Shown here: one piece after another, positions 43,204-52,325 of the stretch
Numbering within the stretch: the stretch's first letter is position 1
How the letters are laid out: each line of letters opens with the position of its first letter
NCBI GenBank assembly: GCA_021810025.1
Contig: JAJZJS010000001.1
Coordinates: forward strand, 154,790-218,789
Direction: 5' to 3'
DNA length: 64,000 bases
DNA from: a bacterium
GTDB taxonomy: Bacteria; Patescibacteriota; Saccharimonadia; Saccharimonadales; UBA4665
Position numbers and translations under genes: made by a program
The notes under the pieces: model-generated
Databases searched by the model: none
What the model was told of the DNA's origin: nothing
The model's input: the letters and a program-made list of their open reading frames with translations, nothing else

Positions 43204-43443
43204 ATGAGTACACAAACTTTTAATATATCAATGCCTGAAAAACTAGTTGAGCAAATAGACGCTCAAACTAAAGCTCAAGGGGGCAGTCGCAGTGATTTTA
43301 TACGTCAAGCCGTTCGTAAACAGTTAACCACTTTAGAGCGTTGGAATAATTTAACTAGTAAAACTCGTAGCCTGTATAAGGGTAGGCAGTTAAGTGAAGC
43401 TGAAGTGGCAGATATTGTTCGTGCTGAGCGCTCAAAAGGCTAG
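43204..43443 (+). CDS. ribbon-helix-helix (CopG-like) antitoxin
   Basis: MSTQTFNISMPEKLVEQIDAQTKAQGGSRSDFIRQAVRKQL is an RHH motif. The start is taken at the internal ATG 43204 of the track ORF, and a PIN toxin gene lies 12 nt downstream. Confidence 0.75.
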   Translation: MSTQTFNISMPEKLVEQIDAQTKAQGGSRSDFIRQAVRKQLTTLERWNNLTSKTRSLYKGRQLSEAEVADIVRAERSKG

Positions 43444-43455
43444 TATCCTGAAACA

Positions 43456-43851
43456 ATGAGAGTAGTCCTTGATACAAACGTTCTAATTTCTGCATTACTG
43501 TTTGACGGTAATCCTGAAAAGGCAGTGTTATCTACACTTAATGGCCTAGAAGAGCTAGTCCTATCAGCCTATATAGTAGCTGAGACAACACGTATTCTTG
43601 AAGATAAATTTGGAGTTGAACCATACAGCCTAGAACTTTTACAACAGCTATTAAGCGAAGCTGAATTAGTATATTTTCAGCCATTTCTGAATGTAATAGA
43701 AGATGAATTGGACAATAGAATACTAGAAACGGCTGTTAGGGGTAAGGCAACCTATCTTGTAACAGGAGATAATCTCCTACTAAAATTAAAGCAATATAAA
43801 GATATAAAAATAGTTAGTATCAAAGAATTCTTAGAGATAATTGAATCTTGA
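43456..43851 (+). CDS. PIN-domain toxin (VapC-like, TIGR00305-type)
   Basis: MRVVLDTNVLISALL (first acidic residue), ...AETTRIL..., and LVTGDNLLL (C-terminal acidic motif); 131 aa. Confidence 0.8.
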   Translation: MRVVLDTNVLISALLFDGNPEKAVLSTLNGLEELVLSAYIVAETTRILEDKFGVEPYSLELLQQLLSEAELVYFQPFLNVIEDELDNRILETAVRGKATYLVTGDNLLLKLKQYKDIKIVSIKEFLEIIES

Positions 43852-43980
43852 CGACTATTAATGGCGGTGTCAAGGACCCCAAATATGAGACACCTTGCGA
43901 ATGACTTTTTTAAACCTTTAATGTTTCGGCATAAGTCTTTCACATTTTTGCTATAATTAAGGTAATAAATTGGAGAAGAA

Positions 43981-44712
43981 ATGAGCGGACATTCAAAGTG
44001 GTCAACCATAAAACGCCAAAAGGGAGTAAAAGATGCAGCTCGAGGTGCTATTTTTACAAAACTTGGTAATGCAATTGCTATTGCCGCTAGATCTGGAGTT
44101 GATCCAGAAACTAATTTTACGCTTCGCCTAGCCATAGATAAAGCTAAGTCTTTTAATATGCCAATGGCAAATATTCAACGTTCGATAGATAGAATTAAAG
44201 ATAAATCATTGAATGATCTTCAAGAGCTTTTATATGAAGGATATGGTCCAGGCGGAGTTGCTATATTGGTTAGTGTTGCTACAGACAATATAAATCGAAC
44301 TTATCCTGAGGTAAAATTAGCCTTTTCAAAACACGGTGGCAGTATTGCTGAAAAAGGATCCGTTGCATTTCTATTTGATCAAAAAGGGATGATTAGACTT
44401 AAAGGACATTCCGACGAGATTGAGTTAATGGCGATTGATGCTGGTGCTGAAGACGTTATAATTGAGGATGAGGATACTATTATCTATACTCCATTTCATG
44501 ATTTAGCCCGCGTTCGAGATTATTTACAAGACCATAATGCCGATATATTGGAGGCTGAGCTTAGTTATATCCCAAATTCAGTCATATCGGTGGAAGATAA
44601 AGATACTGCTCTTAAGATTGTTAGACTAATGAATGCTCTAGACGACATAGATGACGTAACTGATACTTATACCAATTTCGAAATTAATCCAGACCTTTTG
44701 GAATCAAATTAA
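43981..44712 (+). CDS. YebC/PmpR family DNA-binding transcriptional regulator
   Basis: MSGHSKWSTIKRQKGVKDAARGAIFTKL is an invariant YebC N-terminus. It is followed by ruvC, as in many bacteria. Confidence 0.92.
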   Translation: MSGHSKWSTIKRQKGVKDAARGAIFTKLGNAIAIAARSGVDPETNFTLRLAIDKAKSFNMPMANIQRSIDRIKDKSLNDLQELLYEGYGPGGVAILVSVATDNINRTYPEVKLAFSKHGGSIAEKGSVAFLFDQKGMIRLKGHSDEIELMAIDAGAEDVIIEDEDTIIYTPFHDLARVRDYLQDHNADILEAELSYIPNSVISVEDKDTALKIVRLMNALDDIDDVTDTYTNFEINPDLLESN

Positions 44713-45188
44713 TGCGTTTAATCGGAATTGATCCTGGTACAGGTATCTTGGGATTTGGAGTGATTGATAGGTTAGATTACAATAGCCTTCAAATTATTGA
44801 TGCTGGTGTTATTAGAACTCCCGCTAAACAGAACGACGCCGATCGACTCAAAATTATCTATGATGAATTAAGAGCTATTATACTCCAGACTAAGCCATCC
44901 GTAATGGCGGTCGAAAAACTATTTTTTGCTCAGAATGTAACAACTGCCATGAGTGTATCTCAAGCCAGAGGTGTCATTTTGCTCTGTGCAAAGGAAGCGG
45001 AGTTAGAAATATTTGAATATACTCCTCTTCAAATAAAACAGTCATTAACTGGTTATGGTCGCGCCGAAAAAAAACAAGTACAAGAAATGGTTAAAGTTAT
45101 TTTAAAATTAGACCATATTCCAAAGCCAGATGATTGTGCTGATGCCTTAGCGGCAGCTATTACTCATTCAATGAGTATTGGTTCCTAA
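44712..45188 (+). CDS. ruvC: crossover junction endodeoxyribonuclease RuvC
   Basis: MRLIGIDPGTGILGFGVI and AVEKLFFAQNVTTAMSVSQARGV, followed by DDCADALAAAITH. Confidence 0.92.
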   Translation: MRLIGIDPGTGILGFGVIDRLDYNSLQIIDAGVIRTPAKQNDADRLKIIYDELRAIILQTKPSVMAVEKLFFAQNVTTAMSVSQARGVILLCAKEAELEIFEYTPLQIKQSLTGYGRAEKKQVQEMVKVILKLDHIPKPDDCADALAAAITHSMSIGS

Positions 45189-45206
45189 GTGTTATAATAA
45201 TTATAA

Positions 45207-45785
45207 ATGATCTCATATCTAAAAGGTAAGATAGTCCAAAAACAACTCGACGGTATTATCTTGGAAGTAAACAATATTGGATATCGACTTATGTTGAGCA
45301 GTTTCGAGACAGATCAATTAAATCTTGATCAAGAGTTTAAAATTTATGTCTATGAAAATATCAAAGAAGATCTTTATGATTTGTATGGTTTTTTAGGGCT
45401 TGATTCCAAACAACTTTTCGAACAACTAATAAGCGTTAAAAATATTGGTCCAAAAGTTGCTATTAGTATCTTGGGTATTGCTCAAGTCGATGTAATCAAG
45501 TCGGCTATTGCTGGAGGAGAAGTGAAGTTTTTAAGAACTGCCAAAGGAGTAGGGCAACGGGCGGCAGAACAAATAATTGTAGAATTAAGAGATAAGGTTG
45601 GTTTAATCGTCAACGATAAAGCTGCAACGATTATTAATAGACCTGGTAAACATAATTTAAATGATGAAGCCGTAGAGGCATTAATAAGCTTAGGGTATAG
45701 TCAAGAGGATGCTCTCAGTTTATTGTTAGCTGTAGATCCTACACTATCGACCGAGGAAAGAATAAAACTAGCCCTGAAAGGATAA
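45207..45785 (+). CDS. ruvA: Holliday junction DNA helicase RuvA
   Basis: MISYLKGKIV..., the HhH motifs LISVKNIGPKVAISIL and LRTAKGVGQRAAEQII, and a C-terminal domain III. Confidence 0.9.
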   Translation: MISYLKGKIVQKQLDGIILEVNNIGYRLMLSSFETDQLNLDQEFKIYVYENIKEDLYDLYGFLGLDSKQLFEQLISVKNIGPKVAISILGIAQVDVIKSAIAGGEVKFLRTAKGVGQRAAEQIIVELRDKVGLIVNDKAATIINRPGKHNLNDEAVEALISLGYSQEDALSLLLAVDPTLSTEERIKLALKG

Positions 45786-45786
45786 A

Positions 45787-46605
45787 ATGAATATTCCAAC
45801 TGTTAAGCTTAATAACAATCTTACGATACCTCAAATTGGCTTAGGTTTATGGCAGGTAACTAACCAAGAAGATTTCAACAAGGCTTTTAAGTCAGCTTAT
45901 GACGAAGGATACAGGATGTTTGATACAGCTCAATTTTACAGAAATGAGCAATACCTAGGCTTAGCTATCCAAAAATACAAAATTAATAGATCTGATCTTT
46001 TTATTACTACCAAAATAGCTGTTAATAATTTTGGATTTAAAAAAACCATTAAGAGTTTTAAGGAGTCCTTAGCTAAACTTAATACTGATTATATTGATCT
46101 AATATTATTACATTTTCCGGTAAGTGTACTTCGCAAAAAATCATATTTGGCACTAGAAGAGATCTATTCAAAAAAAGAAGCTTTATCTATAGGGGTCAGC
46201 AATTATACGATTAGGCATCTAGAGGATCTATTTAAATACGCTCAAATAGTTCCAGTCATTAACCAGGTCGAATTACACGTCTTCTTGCAACAACCCGAGT
46301 TAATTATTTATTGTAAGGAGCATCAGATTGCCGTAGAAGCTTATTCTCCGCTAGCCCATGGTTTAAAAATGGAAAACGATATAATTACCAAATTAGCTTT
46401 AAAGTATCATAAAACTTATGCTCAAATTATGCTTAGGTTTCTAGTTCAGCTCGATCTGATCGTAATTCCGAAGTCAATTACACCCAAGCGAATCAAAGAG
46501 AATTTTAATATTTTCGATTTTAAAATTGACGAATCAGATATGGATGAATTAAAGTCATTAAATAAAAACTTAAGAACTTGTTGGAACCCAACCTTGGTTC
46601 CTTGA
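45787..46605 (+). CDS. aldo/keto reductase
   Basis: IPQIGLGLWQ, FDTAQFYRNEQYLG, YIDLILLHFP, VSNYTIRHLEDL, NQVELH and IPKSITPKRIKENF are AKR signatures. Confidence 0.9.
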   Translation: MNIPTVKLNNNLTIPQIGLGLWQVTNQEDFNKAFKSAYDEGYRMFDTAQFYRNEQYLGLAIQKYKINRSDLFITTKIAVNNFGFKKTIKSFKESLAKLNTDYIDLILLHFPVSVLRKKSYLALEEIYSKKEALSIGVSNYTIRHLEDLFKYAQIVPVINQVELHVFLQQPELIIYCKEHQIAVEAYSPLAHGLKMENDIITKLALKYHKTYAQIMLRFLVQLDLIVIPKSITPKRIKENFNIFDFKIDESDMDELKSLNKNLRTCWNPTLVP

Positions 46606-46608
46606 AAT

Positions 46609-47610
46609 ATGATTGATAGAATTATAACTGATACCAAACAAGATCCAGACGAAATTGAGCTTGAAAATAGTTTACGGCCCAAAGACTTTAAAAATTATAT
46701 TGGTCAAGTTCGCCTAAAACAAAATTTAAATTTAGCAATTAAAGCAGCTAAAATGAGGTCCGAAGCACTCGACCATATTCTATTATATGGTCCCCCAGGA
46801 CTTGGTAAAACAACCATGGCGAGCGTCATAGCCCATGAAATGCAAGCACAGATTAGGATCACTTCTGGTCCGGCAATTGAACGAGCTGGAGATTTGGCCA
46901 GTCTTTTGACTAATTTAAAAGATGGAGATATTTTATTTATCGACGAGATTCATCGCCTTAACCGGAATGTTGAAGAAGTTTTATTTTCGGTTATGGAGGA
47001 TTTTAAGTTAGATATTATGTTGGGAAAAGGCCCAAGCGCTCGATCACTTCGACTTGATTTACCCCACTTTACAATAATTGGGGCTACAACCAGAGCGGGG
47101 GCATTATCTGCTCCATTTCGAGATCGTTTTGGTTTAGTGCATCGGCTTGAATTTTATAGTAATCATGAAATTGAAATAATTCTGAAAAGGACGGCCAAAA
47201 TCTTAAATGTTAAAATTGATGAAGAAGCTCCTAAAACCCTATCTACTCGATCTAGGCTTACTCCAAGAATAGCCAACCGTCTTTTGAAACGAGTCCGAGA
47301 CTATGCTGACGTTAATGGTGATGGGATAATTAATCAAAAAATAGCTCAAGATGCTCTTGAGCTACTAGAGATCGACGAAATGGGTCTAGAACCTGCCGAT
47401 CGATCTTTCCTAACGGCTATAATCGATCATTATGATGGAGGGCCAGTCGGAGTAGAGACTTTAGCAGCGATTACATCTGAAGAACGTGCTACAATTGAGG
47501 ATTTTATTGAACCTTATTTAATGCAGATTGGTTTTTTAGAACGTACCCCCAGGGGCAGAAAAGTTACGCCCAAAGCCTATCAACATATTCAAAAAGAACA
47601 GTTTAACTAA
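46609..47610 (+). CDS. ruvB: Holliday junction DNA helicase RuvB
   Basis: [12 protein letters not shown], Walker [10 protein letters not shown], Walker [11 protein letters not shown], and the [15 protein letters not shown] sensor region. Confidence 0.97.
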   Translation: MIDRIITDTKQDPDEIELENSLRPKDFKNYIGQVRLKQNLNLAIKAAKMRSEALDHILLYGPPGLGKTTMASVIAHEMQAQIRITSGPAIERAGDLASLLTNLKDGDILFIDEIHRLNRNVEEVLFSVMEDFKLDIMLGKGPSARSLRLDLPHFTIIGATTRAGALSAPFRDRFGLVHRLEFYSNHEIEIILKRTAKILNVKIDEEAPKTLSTRSRLTPRIANRLLKRVRDYADVNGDGIINQKIAQDALELLEIDEMGLEPADRSFLTAIIDHYDGGPVGVETLAAITSEERATIEDFIEPYLMQIGFLERTPRGRKVTPKAYQHIQKEQFN

Positions 47611-47915
47611 AAGGGATTATTTCGAGACTGTTGAAATAGAGCTTGAACGTTAACGCTATTGTTTCGAAGTGAGTTGATCTGATTAATTACCTGTTGGTTG
47701 ATATGGATCAAGACAAATGAATTCGAACTTGATTGAACCTCGCTAGCATTAGGGGCTTGATTAAAGGCTGAATCGAACCCGTTAATGATATAGCCATATA
47801 CACCAACCACTAAAACAATAAAAATAATAATTATATATTTTTTAATAATTCCTAAAACTTGTTTTAGTTGTTCGATAATGTCATTTAAATTTAAACTTTT
47901 TTTATTTTCATCCAT
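47607..47915 (-). CDS. hypothetical small membrane protein, last gene of the pilus machinery operon
   Basis: 102-aa ORF with the TM helix [20 protein letters not shown]. It starts 1 nt after the pilO-like stop. Confidence 0.5.
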   Translation of the reverse strand: MDENKKSLNLNDIIEQLKQVLGIIKKYIIIIFIVLVVGVYGYIINGFDSAFNQAPNASEVQSSSNSFVLIHINQQVINQINSLRNNSVNVQALFQQSRNNPF

Positions 47916-47916
47916 G

Positions 47917-48567
47917 CTATGCTCCAGGTTTTACGTAAATATCTACTATTAGATTAAAACTAAAGTAGTTTGGGTTATTTTGTTGAGGCGTAATACTGAT
48001 TGAATTAATCAAAGCCGTTAGACGATTATTTTCTAGGGCACTTAAGAATCCAATTAGTTCTGGATAAGTTACGGCTTGATTGGTTTGATTTGAACTTTGA
48101 ATCGTAATTGGCAGTTCATAAATACCAGGTATGTTAGGTACTGGTGTTAATTGCGATAAGCTTGATGAGTTAGTGCTAGGAGAAGGAGCGTTAGGGGTAA
48201 CTTTAGGCGCAACTCCGGTTGAGACAATTGTTCCGAGGTTAGAAGTTGGAAAGCTAATTGAAGCCAAGAATACGTTATTGGCTGAGGCTAGGTTAACAAT
48301 TTGACGGACCGCTTCTGCCTGATCTTTATTTTCTGGAACTATATCCTGAGCAATTTTATAAAGATTGCTGTATTTTGCAATATCTTTTTTGTCTTGAATT
48401 AGGCCTGTTTGTTCTTGTTCAAGTCCATTTGTTTTTGCTTTTAGGGAAGTTAAGGTTCCTGCTTTGTTAACTAGAATAACGTTAAGTTCATATCCTAGAA
48501 GTAAAAAGGCAATAATGCTTAATCCCAATATACCAATCAATATAAAATGAAATCTTTTATAGTTCAT
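47917..48567 (-). CDS. pilO: PilO-like type IV pilus assembly protein
   Basis: 216 aa with an N-terminal TM helix followed by a coiled coil (LKAKTNGLEQEQTGLIQDKKD). The call rests mainly on its position after pilM and pilN and its 4-nt overlap with pilN. Confidence 0.5.
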   Translation of the reverse strand: MNYKRFHFILIGILGLSIIAFLLLGYELNVILVNKAGTLTSLKAKTNGLEQEQTGLIQDKKDIAKYSNLYKIAQDIVPENKDQAEAVRQIVNLASANNVFLASISFPTSNLGTIVSTGVAPKVTPNAPSPSTNSSSLSQLTPVPNIPGIYELPITIQSSNQTNQAVTYPELIGFLSALENNRLTALINSISITPQQNNPNYFSFNLIVDIYVKPGA

Positions 48568-49223
48568 GCTTTATTTCCTTGATTGATGAATAAGAATTGA
48601 TTCTTAGCATTAAATAAGGCTCGCAATGACACGGTACAAGGGTATACAGAATTGTTGGAAGCACTACTTGAGCTATTGGTTATTGTATTAGTATTGGAAC
48701 TCGTATTTCCGTTTCCGGCCATACAACTTATGCTAACAATATCAACCTTAGAGAATATTCCGTTGCTGGGAGCACTTAAATTAACTTGAGCTTGAGTAGC
48801 TGTTTGATAATTTGTGCTAGCTATATTTAAATCTAAACCACCACTTAAGCCAGCTCCAATTTGATTAATATTCAGGCCAGTTAAAACGGCTCCACTGGGC
48901 ATAACTGCCCCAATCTGCTGGATTAATTTGGAAAATAAGATTTCATTGCTTAAAACTTTAACAACTAAATTTAAAGTATTACTAATGTTCTGAACGTCTT
49001 GTTTTGTTTTAATTAATTGTTCTTTGGTCAATGTTACATTTAAAGATTTTATTTGAGAATTATAGTTATTGCTAGATTGATGAACTTTTAACATGCCATA
49101 AGTTGCAATAACTCCTAGTCCGACTATAACTATTAAGAAGGCCGCTAACCATTTTGCGATCTGAACATTCTGTTTAGCATATTTATAGGCCTTTTTATTA
49201 TCTTCGGGTAATAGATTAAGCAT
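48564..49223 (-). CDS. pilN: PilN-like (fimbrial assembly) protein
   Basis: 219 aa. MLNLLPEDNKKAYKYAK followed by a TM helix is the typical PilN N-terminus (NLLP motif). It overlaps pilM by 8 nt. Confidence 0.6.
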   Translation of the reverse strand: MLNLLPEDNKKAYKYAKQNVQIAKWLAAFLIVIVGLGVIATYGMLKVHQSSNNYNSQIKSLNVTLTKEQLIKTKQDVQNISNTLNLVVKVLSNEILFSKLIQQIGAVMPSGAVLTGLNINQIGAGLSGGLDLNIASTNYQTATQAQVNLSAPSNGIFSKVDIVSISCMAGNGNTSSNTNTITNSSSSASNNSVYPCTVSLRALFNAKNQFLFINQGNKA

Positions 49224-50316
49224 TACTAAAAACTTTCTTGGGGTTAATTATGCTAAGGCCTGCAACGGTAGCATACATTGGTTTATCTTCGGTGGAAGGA
49301 ATTTCAAGTTTATTAAAATCAAAATATTGCCAAGGGTCACTATGTCGAACTGCTAAGCGCATGCTGGATGTTAGATAATCATTTAATCCGGGCATATTGG
49401 CTCCTCCTCCCATGGTCACAATCTGTTTAATCGACTGTTTGCTATCTGAGTCAAATTGCTCTTCATAATATCTAATAACTCTTTTTAGCTCTCTAACAAT
49501 ATCATTTAAGATTGGTTCAACTGCCTTATTGATCTCGTGTTGTTTTTTGCTTAATCCTAGTCCGTATTTATCTTTTATAATCTTAGCTTCAGCTTCAGTA
49601 ACATCTAAGGCCTGCTTAATCTTTTCTGTAAAAGTATCTCCTCCGGAATTAACTGTACCTGTAGCCATTACCCTATTGACAAATATACTCATATCCGAGG
49701 ATTGTGATCCGAAATCAACAATAAGAGAAGGTATATTATTGTTCTGGTCGAATGAGAATAAACGACTCGAAGCTGATAGAGTCGGTTCAATTAAAATTGT
49801 TTCAAGACCCAAGATGTCAACTAGATCTAGATAAGAATCAATTATATTACGGGGCAATGCTACAAAAAATACTTCATTTTGGGTTTTTGAAGAAGTAGTT
49901 ATTTCCCAATCAACATAAAGTTCTTCTAGGGGAGATGATAAATATTGTTCTACTTCAAGTCGAACTGCTTCATCCATCTCGCTGGCCTTTAATTTGGGTA
50001 AAACCATATATCTTGTATAAATTCGATAAGCAGGTACTGCGATGACTGCTCGATTTGTTGTAATGTCTCCCACCAGCTTATTCTTAAAGAGATCATTGGC
50101 GGCTTGGGCAATTATTTCCGGCTTTTCAATAACTCCATCTTTAATGGCACTTTTGTCAAAGCTAGTTGAACCGTAACCGATAATGCGGGGACGTTTTGAC
50201 TTGTTATTTGGAATCCCAAACGAAGATTGCATTACTTTTAAGGAGCTATGTCCAATATCCATTCCAAATATTGGTTTATCTTTGTAAAAATAGGGTACTT
50301 TTTTATTACTAATCAT
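49216..50316 (-). CDS. pilM: type IV pilus assembly ATPase-fold protein PilM
   Basis: 366 aa with an actin/FtsA-like fold, supported by GMDIGHSSLKVMQ, LIVDFGSQSSDMSIF and TMGGGANMPGLNDYL. Confidence 0.8.
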   Translation of the reverse strand: MISNKKVPYFYKDKPIFGMDIGHSSLKVMQSSFGIPNNKSKRPRIIGYGSTSFDKSAIKDGVIEKPEIIAQAANDLFKNKLVGDITTNRAVIAVPAYRIYTRYMVLPKLKASEMDEAVRLEVEQYLSSPLEELYVDWEITTSSKTQNEVFFVALPRNIIDSYLDLVDILGLETILIEPTLSASSRLFSFDQNNNIPSLIVDFGSQSSDMSIFVNRVMATGTVNSGGDTFTEKIKQALDVTEAEAKIIKDKYGLGLSKKQHEINKAVEPILNDIVRELKRVIRYYEEQFDSDSKQSIKQIVTMGGGANMPGLNDYLTSSMRLAVRHSDPWQYFDFNKLEIPSTEDKPMYATVAGLSIINPKKVFSNA

Positions 50317-50382
50317 TACTTACATATTGCCCATCATAAAGCATAAACTTGTGTATGAATTATATAGCATAAGCATTAAAAT

Positions 50383-50412
50383 AAAAACCCCTCAAATTAA
50401 TGAAGGGTTTTT
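50383..50412 (-). terminator. rho-independent (bidirectional-looking) terminator after the major pilin gene
   Basis: The plus strand reads AAAAACCCCTCAAATTAATGAAGGGTTTTT. This forms a 12-bp stem including one G.U, with A/T runs on both sides, 20 nt downstream of the pilA stop. Confidence 0.75.
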
Positions 50413-50431
50413 ATTAGAAGCGTAAACTAGC

Positions 50432-50920
50432 TTAGTCAAGATTCTGTTTAACGTAAGTAGTTTGTCCGTTAACTGTTCCTTCGTAAGTAGCAACTAAAGT
50501 ATAAGCTGAACAAGTGGTGTCGTTAGCTTCACAGTTGGCTGAAGAACCGGTGCTATCTACGGGGTAGTAAGAATACTCTTTAGCTTGCCCTGTAGAATTA
50601 TCGGCAACTTGGACGTTGCTTGTAGTATCTCCACTCGATGGATCAATTAAAGCATTTGGATCTAAGCTAGGCATATTAGCTGCCCTCCAGGAAGCGCTGT
50701 TTAGATCTGCGTTAGATGGATAGTGTCCATTTTGGCTATAATAAGCTTCAAGTTGAGTTTGAATTGACTGAATGTCAGTTTGACGAACAGCATTTCGTGC
50801 TTTTGCTTGAATACCACTATAGGTTGTAATGACAATAGCTGCCAAGATGCCTATGACGACGATTACGATCAAAAGTTCAATGATCGTAAATCCTGAATCT
50901 TTATTTTTTAATTTTATCAT
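50432..50920 (-). CDS. pilA: major type IV pilin (PilA-like)
   Basis: MIKLKNKDSG|FTIIELLIVIVVIGILAAI is a canonical prepilin leader and methylation site. The 162-aa protein has a C-terminal Cys pair (CEANDTTC) and its own terminator. Confidence 0.9.
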   Translation of the reverse strand: MIKLKNKDSGFTIIELLIVIVVIGILAAIVITTYSGIQAKARNAVRQTDIQSIQTQLEAYYSQNGHYPSNADLNSASWRAANMPSLDPNALIDPSSGDTTSNVQVADNSTGQAKEYSYYPVDSTGSSANCEANDTTCSAYTLVATYEGTVNGQTTYVKQNLD

Positions 50921-51046
50921 AAGGTCCCACCCTCCTTAATTTGTGATGGATATGTTTTTAATATTGTTTACATCGAGCCTAATCCTTAGAGACTAAGCTT
51001 TCATGAATCTAATTATAACCATAAGTTGAATCAAATCAAGTATTTT

Positions 51047-52324
51047 TTAGTTATTCCCGACCTGTTTTGATAGATCGGCAATTGGACCCATAACTGATGC
51101 TGCAATTAAACCAACTCCAGCCCCCAATAGAATAATCATAATTGGTTCAATAATGGCAGCTAAACCATCGATCATTACAGACACTTCTTCTTCGTAAAAA
51201 TCGGCTATTTTAGGTAAAACTTTATCAATTTGCCCAGTTTCTTCTCCGACTAGTAACATTTGAGAAACAATTGGAGGAAAATGTTTGCTCTTTGATATTG
51301 GCTCAGATAATTGTTTGCCATTTTGAACTTCAATAGCTGCTGCTCGTAGTTCCTCTTCAATAACCTTATTGCCGATAGCCGATTCAGTTGTGGCGAGTGC
51401 TTCAAGTACATTAACTCCTGCGCTCATTAAAGACGAAAAGGTTCGAGCAAAACGTGCAATTGCTATTTTCTGGATAATTATTTTAATGACGGGAATCTTC
51501 AGTAATAAACTATGCCATTTATATTTTCCTTGGGGGGTTTTAGTCTTTCGGTACAAGAAAAATCCAATAATCCCAACAATAATAGCGATCATAATTAAGT
51601 TCGGTAGTTTATTTAATCCCGGTACTTGATTCAGGAGAGGAATAGCTTTAATAAAGGAACTTTCAACGCAATAATGACTAAAGTCAACTAGGGCTCTAGC
51701 GTAAACTGGTAATTTAGCGTTTGGTCCACCTAATTCCGTAAAGAGAACCGTAATCTTAGGCATAATAAAGAGCATTATTCCAAAAAAGGCAACGATCGTA
51801 ACACAGAGAATAACGACCGGATACATCATTGCTGAGAATATTTTTTTTCGGATCGAGGCTTCGAGCTCGACCATTTCGGCTAGTCTTTTCAGAATATCAT
51901 CTAATATGCCCCCCTCTTCGCCAGCCCGAACCATGCTAACGTAAACTTCGCTAAATACTTTTGGATATTGTTCAAAAGCATCTGCTAATTGTTTACCGTT
52001 TTCAACTTCTTTAGTTACTGCTGTTAAGACCTCTTTAAGATAGAGGCTTTCGGTATCTCCCGCTAGAGCATTCAGCGATCTAACCAAAGGGACTCCAGCT
52101 CCAACCATAGTCGCCAATTGTCTTGAAAAAATTACTAAGTCTTGGAGTTTAACTTTCTTGCTAGACCAAATGTCAGCATTAAGTTTTCGTCTTTCAGTTG
52201 TAATTAGGACGGGTTGGTAGCCTTGTTTCTTAATCAAGGCAATAACGGCTGGTTTAGAATCTGAATCAACACTTCCAACTATCGTATGTCCTTCTTTGTT
52301 GGTTGCCCTATAGTTATATTTCAT
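51047..52324 (-). CDS. pilC: type IV pilus platform protein PilC (GspF family)
   Basis: 425 aa with two GspF repeats (FSRQLATMVGAGVPL... and FARTFSSLMSAGVNV...) and 3-4 TM helices. Confidence 0.9.
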   Translation of the reverse strand: MKYNYRATNKEGHTIVGSVDSDSKPAVIALIKKQGYQPVLITTERRKLNADIWSSKKVKLQDLVIFSRQLATMVGAGVPLVRSLNALAGDTESLYLKEVLTAVTKEVENGKQLADAFEQYPKVFSEVYVSMVRAGEEGGILDDILKRLAEMVELEASIRKKIFSAMMYPVVILCVTIVAFFGIMLFIMPKITVLFTELGGPNAKLPVYARALVDFSHYCVESSFIKAIPLLNQVPGLNKLPNLIMIAIIVGIIGFFLYRKTKTPQGKYKWHSLLLKIPVIKIIIQKIAIARFARTFSSLMSAGVNVLEALATTESAIGNKVIEEELRAAAIEVQNGKQLSEPISKSKHFPPIVSQMLLVGEETGQIDKVLPKIADFYEEEVSVMIDGLAAIIEPIMIILLGAGVGLIAASVMGPIADLSKQVGNN

Positions 52325-52325
52325 A

